A DNA stretch of 64,000 nt from Clostridia bacterium (lineage in GTDB: Bacteria > Bacillota > Clostridia > Christensenellales > UBA1242). Positions 35,115 to 43,323 of this stretch are shown in pieces. Under the pieces are notes generated by a model. That model did not search any database. It worked only from the letters and a program-made list of their open reading frames with translations, and was not told the DNA's origin. Position 1 is the stretch's first letter; each line of letters opens with the position of its first letter. The translations under genes were made by a program, and so were the position numbers. The DNA lies in assembly GCA_045597505.1 (NCBI GenBank), contig JAZLKE010000030.1, positions 2,042 through 66,041 of the forward strand. Reading direction: 5' to 3'.

Positions 35115-37013
35115 TTGTAACGTCAGCGCATTAGTGACAACGCACACAGAACTTAGGCTCATGGCGGCTGCGGAAATCATCGGATTTAAGGTTAAGTGTA
35201 ATGGAAAGAACATTCCCGCCGCCAAGGGAATTCCAATTATGTTGTAAATGAATGCCCAAAACAAACCTAGACGAATGTTACGCATGGTGCGATGACTAAG
35301 CTTTATAGCTGTAACTAAATCTGCAAGCGAATTTTTAATCAAAACAATGCCTGCGGCTTCGACAGCAATGTCGGTACCACTGCCAATTGCGATGCCGACG
35401 TCTGCGGCTTGTAGTGCGGGCGAATCATTGATTCCATCGCCGACCATCACAACACGGTGGCCGGCTTTTTGCAGTTTTGCTACTAGGCGATATTTTTCGG
35501 TGGGTAAAACATTAGCAACAACTTGGTCGACGGCAAGTGCTTGGGCGGTTGCGTTGGCGGTGGTTTGATTATCCCCAGTTAACATAATGATATTTAATCC
35601 TAATTGTTTTAATTGGCGAATGGCGTTGGCGCTGTCGTCGCGAACAGTATCTGATAAAGCTACAACTCCGAGTAGTTTATTAACCGTAGCGCAAAAGATC
35701 GCGGTTTTGCCTTGGGAGGCGTATTGTTCTGCCAGTGTTTCGGCTTTGGTGCGGTCAAGTTTGTGCAGGTAGGGGGCAATAAATTGCGGGGTGCCAAGAT
35801 AAACTGGACGGTTGCCGAAGTTGGCTTGTACACCTTGACCTGGGGTTTCGTGAAAATGATTAATTTCTAAATAGGCATTGTTCGGATATGTGGCGACAAT
35901 GGCTTTGGCTAAGGGGTGGTTACTGTAACGTTCAATACTTGCGTAAAACTGTAACAAGTTGGTTTTGCTGAGATTATTTTGTAATAGTTGAACGTCAGTG
36001 ACTTGTAAATCACCGCTGGTGATTGTGCCGGTTTTATCCAAAATAACAGTGTCAACTTTGGATAAGTTTTCCAGATGTGTGGCGTTTTTAATTAGAATAC
36101 CTGAACTTGCCGCTTTGCCCGTACTGATCATTACAGCTAAGGGGGTGGCTAGACCTAGGGCGCACGGACAAGAAATCACTAATACGCTGATGCCGAAATT
36201 AAAAGCGGTGGCGAAATCGTGGCTGATAATCCACCAAGTAATTAAAGTAATAATGGCGATGCCCAAAACAACAGGAACAAATATGCCACTGACTTTGTCG
36301 GCTAAACGGGCAATCGGAGCTTTGGAGTTGCCCGCTTGATGAACTAAATTAACAATTTGTGACAGCGTGGTATCTTTGCCGACTTTGGTGGCGCGAAAAG
36401 TAAAAGTGCCGTTTTGATTGTGTGTGGCGGAAATTACTGTGTCACCAGTTTGCTTTGTAATGGGCATGCTTTCGCCAGTAATGGCAGATTGATTGACTAA
36501 GCCTGAACCTTCAATAATGACGCCGTCAACTGGAATTACATCACCTGGTTTGATTAAAATTATGTCATTAATTGTTAAGGTTGCAACGGTAACAGTCTGT
36601 GGTTTGCCGTCTTTTATTACGGTACAGGTTTGTGGTGCCAGTTGAATAAGTTTACTTATTGCATTTGAAGTGCGAATTTTGGCGCGGAGTTCAAAGTACT
36701 TACCCAAAGAAACTAGTGTTACGATGGTTGCTGCGCTTTCAAAATAAAAGGCTTGGTTATTGGGGGAACCAGTGAGCGTTAAAATGATAATAACAATGCC
36801 GTACAAATATGCCGCGCCTGAACCCAAAGCGACCAAAGTGTCCATATTGGGCATGAGTTTGAATAAGGATTTTGTGCCACGGGTAAAAAAATCAAAATTC
36901 AAAATTAATATGACGGTGGTGACGACCAATTGAATAATGCCGAAAAGCAAGAAATGTACAGTGTCGTGCATGGTGGCCATAGCAAAAATCATCAAAGGCA
37001 ACCACAATGCCAA
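35109..37013 (-). CDS. copA: Copper-translocating P1B-type ATPase core (CopA) lacking its N-terminal metal-binding domain in this frame
   Basis: CPC motif (VLVISCPCALGLATP), DKTGT, TGDN, VGDGINDSPAL. The frame is actually open upstream to 37052. The track start is a TTG inside what aligns as the first TM helix, with no SD. Confidence 0.9.
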   Translation of the reverse strand: MALWLPLMIFAMATMHDTVHFLLFGIIQLVVTTVILILNFDFFTRGTKSLFKLMPNMDTLVALGSGAAYLYGIVIIILTLTGSPNNQAFYFESAATIVTLVSLGKYFELRAKIRTSNAISKLIQLAPQTCTVIKDGKPQTVTVATLTINDIILIKPGDVIPVDGVIIEGSGLVNQSAITGESMPITKQTGDTVISATHNQNGTFTFRATKVGKDTTLSQIVNLVHQAGNSKAPIARLADKVSGIFVPVVLGIAIITLITWWIISHDFATAFNFGISVLVISCPCALGLATPLAVMISTGKAASSGILIKNATHLENLSKVDTVILDKTGTITSGDLQVTDVQLLQNNLSKTNLLQFYASIERYSNHPLAKAIVATYPNNAYLEINHFHETPGQGVQANFGNRPVYLGTPQFIAPYLHKLDRTKAETLAEQYASQGKTAIFCATVNKLLGVVALSDTVRDDSANAIRQLKQLGLNIIMLTGDNQTTANATAQALAVDQVVANVLPTEKYRLVAKLQKAGHRVVMVGDGINDSPALQAADVGIAIGSGTDIAVEAAGIVLIKNSLADLVTAIKLSHRTMRNIRLGLFWAFIYNIIGIPLAAGMFFPLHLTLNPMISAAAMSLSSVCVVTNALTLQL

Positions 37014-37030
37014 AGAAATAACTTGTTTAA

Positions 37031-37285
37031 TTAGTTTTTTTTTACGGGTATGTTACCAGTTGCAACGTTTGAATTGGCTGAACGTTCAGTGGCACCGTAG
37101 CCCAGACTGGTAACTTGATTGATAATTGATTGTGCCGTAACGTTGTCGTCACATTCCAAAGTCATGGCACTAGAAATTAAGTTGACGTTAACTTTACGTA
37201 CACCGTGCATTTTGCTGACGGCTTTTTGTATGTTGTTTTGACAACTGGCGCAAGCCATACCAGTAATTTCGAATTCACGATACAT
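37031..37285 (-). CDS. copZ: Heavy-metal-associated (HMA) domain protein, CopZ-like / detached N-terminal domain of CopA
   Basis: 84 aa with the GMACASCQ metal-binding motif and a ferredoxin-like HMA fold pattern. It ends in ...PVKKN-stop within an A9 run. Confidence 0.85.
   Translation of the reverse strand: MYREFEITGMACASCQNNIQKAVSKMHGVRKVNVNLISSAMTLECDDNVTAQSIINQVTSLGYGATERSANSNVATGNIPVKKN
37035..37043 (-). other. A9 homopolymer forming a phased A_AAA_AAA -1 slippery heptamer at the copZ/copA frame junction
   Basis: The coding strand reads CCC GTA AAA AAA AAC TAA in the copZ frame. The -1 frame continues AAA CTA ATT AAA CAA GTT ATT TCT TTG GCA..., which is the copA frame. Confidence 0.8.
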
Positions 37286-37320
37286 ATCTTTATTATAGCA
37301 CTTTGACGAATGAATGTAAA
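37286..37320 (-). promoter_or_regulatory. Predicted strong sigma-70 promoter of copZ/copA (leaderless)
   Basis: On the minus strand: TTTACA (37320..37315), 17 nt spacer ending in TGc, TATAAT (37297..37292), 6 nt, ATG (37285). Confidence 0.65.
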
Positions 37321-37347
37321 ATTTTTTGTAAAACTATACTCGGTATA

Positions 37348-37376
37348 TTGACAAAAAATGCAATTTTTGTTAAGAT
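37348..37376 (+). promoter_or_regulatory. Predicted sigma-70 promoter of the giant coiled-coil gene (leadered)
   Basis: TTGACA (37348..37353), 17 nt spacer, TAAGAT (37371..37376). The leader contains SD GAGGGG 5 nt before ATG 37426. Confidence 0.6.
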
Positions 37377-37425
37377 TTTAACTAATATCAAGGCAAAAAA
37401 TAAATAAAATAAAATGAGGGGAAAA

Positions 37426-40400
37426 ATGGAAAATTTATTGTTGTTGACTTGGAAATGGTTTGAGGAGGACGGTAACCCTGGCGCCTTTATGTGGGCGACT
37501 TTAAGCATTGTCGCAATTATCGTTTTTGTCGTCTGTGGTGTATTGATTTGGCGTTTGGGTCGTAAGTGGCGTACCAAACTTGCTAACAGTGGTAACGATA
37601 CGAACGTTGTGCCCAGTGTACAGGTTGACCCAAATGTTTTTGAAAAACGGGTTGACGATAACCAGTTGGATTTTTATGACCCAGCCAAGGCTCGTGAAGA
37701 GGAAGCGAAAATTGCAGAGCAACAACGAATTGAAGATGAAAAACGTCAAAAAGAAGAAGCACGCATTCAAGCGTTAATGGAAGAAGAAGACCGTAAACGT
37801 AAAGAATTAGAAGAAAAAGAACGCGCGTTTGAAGAAAAACGTAAACGTGAAGAAGAAGCGCGTCTTGAACATGAACGTAAAGACGCGGAACGCGCGGCGG
37901 AAAAAGAACGTATCCGTGCGGAAAAAGAAGCGGCTAAGGAAGCAAAACGTAATCGTAACAAAGATGCAGAAAATAATTTCTTCTTTACACCAGAAGAAGA
38001 TGATGCATCTGCTTTTAACTTTAATCAAGACGAAAATAAAAATAACAACGACGATGCTGTTGATTTTTGGAGTCAAGCATTGAATAATGAAGAACAAAAA
38101 CCAGCGGCTGTGGTAACTCCGACAGAACCAGTTATTGTTCCTGCTGCTCCAGCAACTGATCCGCGTTTGGAAAAAGTTTTGGCGGAATTGGAAAATCAAA
38201 AACAAGCTGAACAGGAACGTTTCGCAAGCTTAATGGCAGAATTAGATAAACAAAAACAAGAAACGGCACGTTTGCAAAGCGAATTGCAAGCCAAAGAAAA
38301 ATCCGAAGATTTGATTGCGCAAGCAAAGAAAGAAATGGAACAAATGATTAAGGATAGCCAAGAACAAATCAATAACATTGAAAAACAAGAAAAAGAAGAA
38401 GAAAAAGGTACGGATAAAATGGATAGTGATTTGTTACAAGAAATTAAAAATGTTTTGGCAACAGAACGCGAAGCGCAAGAACAACGTTTGCGCGAACAAG
38501 AAAACAGTTTGGCGGCTGTATTAAATGCGATGGAAAATGAACGCCGTGCTAAAGAAGAAAATGCTTTGAATGCGCAACGTGAAGCACAAAAAGAAGATGA
38601 ATTTGTCAGAACGCAAAATCAATACCAAGATGCCATTTTGCAAATGCAAGAAAAATTCCAACGTATGTTGGACGATGTTAATGCGCAAAAGTTTGCACGT
38701 CAGATGAACGCGGAAGATAATGCTTCTTATAATGCTTATCAGGCACAATTAGAACGTGAACGCGCGGAAACCGCAACTTTGATTGACCAAATGCAACGCG
38801 AAGTTGACCGCATGAGTGCGGAACGTGAAGCTGAACGCCGTGAATACGAAGAAAAGAAACGCGCTTTGGACGCGACCATGGCAGAAGCGTTACAAACTCA
38901 ACGCAATGAATTTGAACAAGCGCAACAACGTGTAACCGAAAGTAATGTTGCCAACTTTGAAAAGATTTTGCAAGACATGGAAAATCAACGCTTACATGAA
39001 CAAGAAATGTTCAACAATATCTTGAATGAAATGGTCGCGGAACGCGAAGATAATAACCAAGTAAAAGCGACTTTGGAACAAATGGTACGCGATAGTGAAG
39101 AACGTATTGCTAAATTGGAAAATCAAGCTTTGCCACGTGGGTTGGACGAAGATTCAATGGAATCTTTGAAAGGCGTTTTAGCTGCTGAACGTGCTGAACA
39201 AGAAAAACGTTTAGAAGAATACAAAAACGAAATTGCGAACTTGCGTGAAACAATCGCAGCGGAACGCGCGCAACGCAAAAACGATGAAGACGATAATCAA
39301 GGCAATCAAGTGGTTTATACTGCGCGCAATACCGAACCTGATGACGAAATGAATGCTCGTATCCAAGCGATGCAAGACGAAATTCAACACTTGAACGACT
39401 TGCGCGAAGCTGAACATGCGGAATCGGAAAAACGTCATGCTGAATTGTTAGAAGCATTAAATCGTACGATTGTTACTGGTGAAAATGCACAAAATCCAGA
39501 AAGTCAACAAGCGGAACGTGAAAGCGTAGAACGCGTGTTAAATGATTTGGAACATCATAACCGTGCTGAACAAGACCGTTTTGCGGACATTATGAACGAA
39601 TTAATCGAAAGCCGTGAAGATACTAAAAAAGCACAGGAACAAATGCAACAATTGATTAAAGAAAGTTCTGAATTGATTAATCGATTGAACAATAAACAAG
39701 AAATCCGTGGTGTTGATGAAGAAACCATGTCGGCTTTGAAAGACTTGTTGGCGCATGAACGTGAAATGCAAGAAAAACGCTTGGCTGAACATGAAGAAAA
39801 ATTAAACATGGCGGTTTCGACAATTGAAGAACAAAAACAAAGTGTAGCCGAAGAACAAGATAAGCAAGCAGAATATGAAAAAGCAATTGCCGATATGCGT
39901 GCGCAATATGAAGCTGAATTGGCAAGTTTACGTGAAACAATTGCTAACCAAAATACCGAAGAAAATAAGGCTGAAAACAAAAAAGACAGTGACGATGATA
40001 ACGGTGACAATGGAGCAGAAATTGAAATCAATAATGGCGATAATGTGAACGACGAAGTTCTGGCTCAGTTGGCGCGTATGCAAGAAAATATTGTAGCGAT
40101 GGAAGAAGCACGCAATGCGGAAAAAGCTGAATTTGAACAACGTTATGACGAAATGAATAAAGCGTTGGAAGATTCTTTGAAAGTTCAACGTTTGGAAATG
40201 GAATTGGCCAAAGAACGTGAAATGAATGAATTAAAAATGCAACAAGCATTGCAAGCACAACGTAATGAAATCGAAGCGGAAAAAGAAAACAATGGTGAAT
40301 CAACCGAAGCAATTATTGCTGGTTTCAAAGAAGAAATGAACCGTCAATATGATGATTTCGTAAAATTGTTGAATGACAAAAAAGCTGAAGCGGAAAATGC

Positions 40401-41796
40401 TCAAAAAGAATTTGATAACATGGTAGAAAATGCTACCGAGGAAGACCAAGCAGCTTTGAAAGATCAACAATTCGACATTCAAGAAATGATGGAACAATTA
40501 CGTGAAGAACGTAAAGCAGCCCGCGAAGAAGCTCAAGCTTTGCGTGAAGAATTGGAAGCACAACGCATTGAAAACGAAGCTAAATTGATGAAGAAATTGT
40601 CCGAAGTTAAAGAAGGTTTGGCTTCTGAATTGTCCAGTGAATTGGAAATGAAAGAAAAATTCGAAGCGATGGAACGCGAAGTTGATGCACAAAACCAAGA
40701 AAAAATGCAACAAAATGCAGAAGAAGAAGCGCGCATTAAAAAAGAATATGAAGAGTTCAAACAACGTATTGCTGACGAAGTAGTTGCTTTGGAAGAAAAA
40801 AATGCGGCTTTGCAAGCTGAATTGGAAAAAGCTCGTGCAGAAAAGAATAGTGACGACGAAGGCAAACAAGCCGAATATGAAGAAAATGAAAAGCGCTTGC
40901 GTGAAAAATATATGCAATTACGTAATGAATTGATGAAAGAAGCGGAACAAGTCAACAAACAATCCGAAGAAATTGCTGCGGAAAAACAAGCAATTGAAGA
41001 TAAGAAAAACGACTTGGAAGAAGAAAAAGCACGCTTACAAAATGAAGTTGCCATGTTGAAACAACAAGTTATTGATATGAAAACCAATAACCAAGAACAA
41101 AATGGTGTGGTAACCGAAGAACAGTTAGCGGAAATTCGCGCAGGTTTGGAAGCCGAATATCAACAACGCGAAAAACAAATGTTGGATAAATTGGAACAAG
41201 GTAAACAAGCGTTGATGGCTCGCGAAGCCGAATTGAAACAAAAAGAAGAAAGTATTGAACAAGAAGAAGCACGTATCCGTGAGCAATCTAAAGCGGTTAC
41301 AACAATGATTACTAACCGTGAATACACCAAAGAAGAACGCGAACGTTTGGTCTTGGATTACAATATGAAATTACAAGATTTGGAAGAGCGTTTGCGCCAA
41401 AACGAAAAAGCGTTGCGTGAAAATAATCGTGAATTTATCCCGTTGCGTCGTATTAAAAACACTTTGGATCGCGATTTACGCTTGTTACGTAAACGTGAAG
41501 CAATCGTTGCAAAACAAGAAGTTTTGGTTTATGGTGTTAATAATATTTCGACAGTGGAACCAGAACGTATCAAGAAATTGGAACAAGACATTAAGCAATT
41601 GACTGGCTTACAACAAAGTGTGGCAAATTGCGAAACTATCTTGAACAAGAATAAAGACCGTTATCCGACTTTGGAAAACTTGGATTGTGTATTGCGTGCG
41701 CAAAACGAACAAATCCACCGCGATATTGATGAAGTAAAATCGGCAATGGCAATGTTCGGTGAAGTACCGACCGAAAGTGGAGAAGCACAAGAATAA
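37426..41796 (+). CDS. Giant (about 1456 aa) membrane-anchored coiled-coil protein, Glu/Lys/Gln/Arg/Ala-rich
   Basis: The start was moved to ATG 37426, behind GAGGGG. Single N-terminal TM FMWATLSIVAIIVFVVCGVLIW followed by RLGRKWRTK. About 1250 aa of heptad-like charged sequence follow, then a less repetitive ~170 aa C-terminal region. Confidence 0.8.
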   Translation: MENLLLLTWKWFEEDGNPGAFMWATLSIVAIIVFVVCGVLIWRLGRKWRTKLANSGNDTNVVPSVQVDPNVFEKRVDDNQLDFYDPAKAREEEAKIAEQQRIEDEKRQKEEARIQALMEEEDRKRKELEEKERAFEEKRKREEEARLEHERKDAERAAEKERIRAEKEAAKEAKRNRNKDAENNFFFTPEEDDASAFNFNQDENKNNNDDAVDFWSQALNNEEQKPAAVVTPTEPVIVPAAPATDPRLEKVLAELENQKQAEQERFASLMAELDKQKQETARLQSELQAKEKSEDLIAQAKKEMEQMIKDSQEQINNIEKQEKEEEKGTDKMDSDLLQEIKNVLATEREAQEQRLREQENSLAAVLNAMENERRAKEENALNAQREAQKEDEFVRTQNQYQDAILQMQEKFQRMLDDVNAQKFARQMNAEDNASYNAYQAQLERERAETATLIDQMQREVDRMSAEREAERREYEEKKRALDATMAEALQTQRNEFEQAQQRVTESNVANFEKILQDMENQRLHEQEMFNNILNEMVAEREDNNQVKATLEQMVRDSEERIAKLENQALPRGLDEDSMESLKGVLAAERAEQEKRLEEYKNEIANLRETIAAERAQRKNDEDDNQGNQVVYTARNTEPDDEMNARIQAMQDEIQHLNDLREAEHAESEKRHAELLEALNRTIVTGENAQNPESQQAERESVERVLNDLEHHNRAEQDRFADIMNELIESREDTKKAQEQMQQLIKESSELINRLNNKQEIRGVDEETMSALKDLLAHEREMQEKRLAEHEEKLNMAVSTIEEQKQSVAEEQDKQAEYEKAIADMRAQYEAELASLRETIANQNTEENKAENKKDSDDDNGDNGAEIEINNGDNVNDEVLAQLARMQENIVAMEEARNAEKAEFEQRYDEMNKALEDSLKVQRLEMELAKEREMNELKMQQALQAQRNEIEAEKENNGESTEAIIAGFKEEMNRQYDDFVKLLNDKKAEAENAQKEFDNMVENATEEDQAALKDQQFDIQEMMEQLREERKAAREEAQALREELEAQRIENEAKLMKKLSEVKEGLASELSSELEMKEKFEAMEREVDAQNQEKMQQNAEEEARIKKEYEEFKQRIADEVVALEEKNAALQAELEKARAEKNSDDEGKQAEYEENEKRLREKYMQLRNELMKEAEQVNKQSEEIAAEKQAIEDKKNDLEEEKARLQNEVAMLKQQVIDMKTNNQEQNGVVTEEQLAEIRAGLEAEYQQREKQMLDKLEQGKQALMAREAELKQKEESIEQEEARIREQSKAVTTMITNREYTKEERERLVLDYNMKLQDLEERLRQNEKALRENNREFIPLRRIKNTLDRDLRLLRKREAIVAKQEVLVYGVNNISTVEPERIKKLEQDIKQLTGLQQSVANCETILNKNKDRYPTLENLDCVLRAQNEQIHRDIDEVKSAMAMFGEVPTESGEAQE
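38167..39807 (+). repeat. Three diverged protein-level repeats inside the coiled-coil gene
   Basis: R1 is 38167..38514, R2 is 38956..39240, R3 is 39526..39807. Shared skeleton: [LFV]E[KR][VI]L..[LM]E......EQ[ED][RM]F...[LM].E[LM]...[EQ]QM[IV][KR][DE]S.E.I..[LI][EN]....G.D[ES][DE].[ML]..[LI]K..LA.ER..QE[KQ]RL.E. R1 carries a 16-aa insertion. Confidence 0.8.
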
Positions 41797-41797
41797 T

Positions 41798-42220
41798 ATG
41801 CGTTGTTTGGGAATTGACTACGGCAGACGAAGAATTGGGTTGGCATTGTCCGACCCAACTTTGTTAATTGCAAGTCCGTTAGTAATTATTGAAAATCGTG
41901 GTTTGAAAAAGACTTTGTTGCAAATTATGGATATAATACAAAAAAACGATGTGGGACAAATCGTGGTGGGATTGCCATTACATGCGAACGGTGATGAAAG
42001 TGAAATGTCCCGTGAGGCTCGGCATTTTGGGTCGGCTTTTGTTGCATTGGGATTTCCCGTCGAATTTGTAGACGAGCGCTATACATCTTTTGAAGCCGAA
42101 GAAATGATTGGAAATAACCGTCAAAGTAAAAGTTTAGTTGACAAAGTAGCCGCTTCAATTATACTACAAATGTATCTTGACGAAAGGGGAAAATCGTTAA
42201 ATGAAGGCAAAAATCACTAA
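41798..42220 (+). CDS. ruvX: Holliday-junction resolvase-like / pre-16S rRNA nuclease RuvX (YqgF)
   Basis: MRCLGIDYGRRRIGLALSD N-terminus and IVVGLPLHANGDES motif. The start was moved to ATG 41798, 2 nt after the upstream stop. Confidence 0.85.
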   Translation: MRCLGIDYGRRRIGLALSDPTLLIASPLVIIENRGLKKTLLQIMDIIQKNDVGQIVVGLPLHANGDESEMSREARHFGSAFVALGFPVEFVDERYTSFEAEEMIGNNRQSKSLVDKVAASIILQMYLDERGKSLNEGKNH

Positions 42221-42401
42221 TTCTTGCATTTGCTGTGGTACCTGTGCTGGTATTTGTCCAATGGGCGCGGTTTCGATGGCGGCCAGTGGCGACAAGTATG
42301 AAGTCGACCAAAGTAAATGTATCGGCTGTGGAGCTTGTATTAATGCTTGCCCAGTCGAAGCAATTGTCGAGGATCATTCCGATGAAAAGGAGGATAAATA
42401 A
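42201..42401 (+). CDS. 2x[4Fe-4S] ferredoxin
   Basis: 66 aa with two CxxCxxCxxxCP motifs (CICCGTCAGICP, CIGCGACINACP). Confidence 0.85.
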   Translation: MKAKITNSCICCGTCAGICPMGAVSMAASGDKYEVDQSKCIGCGACINACPVEAIVEDHSDEKEDK

Positions 42402-42688
42402 TGGTTTACGAAAGTATTGTTGAAAAACTATTTGATGAAGATAATGATGACGTGATCGAACTGGAACAAGACGATGGCAAAGTCGTTAAGTTCGAACAAA
42501 TTGCGGTTGTGACATACAATGCGCAATATTATGCAATTTTGCATCCGATTGAATTAAAAGAGGACGAAGTTGTCATTTTCCACATTTTGGAAGACGATGA
42601 AGACGCTTTGGATTTGGTCATTGATGAAGAATTGTCGAAAAAAATTTTGGAGGTATATGAAGAAGATGTCAACGAATATGAAGAATAA
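42401..42688 (+). CDS. DUF1292 family protein (YrzB-like)
   Basis: 95 aa, acidic. FEQIAVVTYNAQYYAILHPIE...DEVVIFHI is the typical DUF1292 core. Conserved linkage to ruvX in Firmicutes. Confidence 0.75.
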   Translation: MVYESIVEKLFDEDNDDVIELEQDDGKVVKFEQIAVVTYNAQYYAILHPIELKEDEVVIFHILEDDEDALDLVIDEELSKKILEVYEEDVNEYEE

Positions 42689-43214
42689 GAATGTGATTTG
42701 GCATTCAATGAATCCAAGTCGTGTCACGCCAGACGAATTTGTGGCCGTGATTGAAATCCCTAGAGGATGCAAAAAGAAATATGAATTGGATAAAGAAACC
42801 GGAATGATTATTTTGGACCGTGTTTTGCGTACCGCTACGCATTATCCATGTTCTTATGGTTTAATTCCATTAACCTTGTCGGAAGACCATGATCCATTGG
42901 ATGTAATGGTAATCTGCTCGGAAACTTTGGATCCAAATACTTTGGTTAAATGCCGTCCAGTCGGCTTAATTGAAATGATTGATAAAGGCGAACGTGATGA
43001 AAAAATTATTGCGGTGGCTACCGATGATCCGTATGTAAACCAATATCAAGACATTCATGATGTACCAAAGGTTTTGGTTGACGAAATTGAACATTTCTTG
43101 AAAGTGTATAAAAACACAACTGATAAAGTTGAAGTTTATGCGCCGAAAGATAAGACTGCCGCGAAGAAAGTCATTCAAGATGCAATTGACATGTATCATC
43201 GCGAAGTGTTATAA
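42657..43214 (+). CDS. ppa: Inorganic pyrophosphatase (family I)
   Basis: IEIPRG..KKYELDK, YP..YG.IP.T...DHDPLDV, DEKIIAV motifs. The start is ambiguous (ATG 42657, 42666 or 42678) and overlaps the DUF1292 3' end. Confidence 0.9.
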   Translation: MKKMSTNMKNKNVIWHSMNPSRVTPDEFVAVIEIPRGCKKKYELDKETGMIILDRVLRTATHYPCSYGLIPLTLSEDHDPLDVMVICSETLDPNTLVKCRPVGLIEMIDKGERDEKIIAVATDDPYVNQYQDIHDVPKVLVDEIEHFLKVYKNTTDKVEVYAPKDKTAAKKVIQDAIDMYHREVL

Positions 43215-43235
43215 TTAAAAATCATTAAAATTTCA

Positions 43236-43298
43236 CTTCGAATGCGAGTATTTACTTGTTGCGGGAAATCCGTTTAGCGAATATGTAGACCATCGAAG
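43236..43298 (+). promoter_or_regulatory. Possible structured rpsB 5' leader
   Basis: Long-range pairing CTTCGA(A)TG (43236..43244) with CATCGAAG (43291..43298) encloses small inner hairpins, just upstream of SD AGGAGG. Hand-folded only. Confidence 0.3.
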
Positions 43299-43323
43299 AC
43301 AGACAAACAAGGAGGAAAATAAA

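Noticed and set aside
37293-37577. 94-aa minus-strand ORF spanning the copZ / giant-gene promoter region
   Set aside because: It runs through two predicted promoters and the N-terminus of the giant gene in antisense. It is hydrophobic low-complexity sequence, with no translation signals.
37501-41272. Many long antisense and alternative-frame ORFs inside the giant coiled-coil gene (for example 40533..41087, 39555..40031, 37807..38205)
   Set aside because: They are Ser/Phe/Cys-rich low-complexity strings produced by reading GAA/AAA/CAA-rich sequence backwards or out of frame. They have no starts with SD. They are a by-product of compositional bias.
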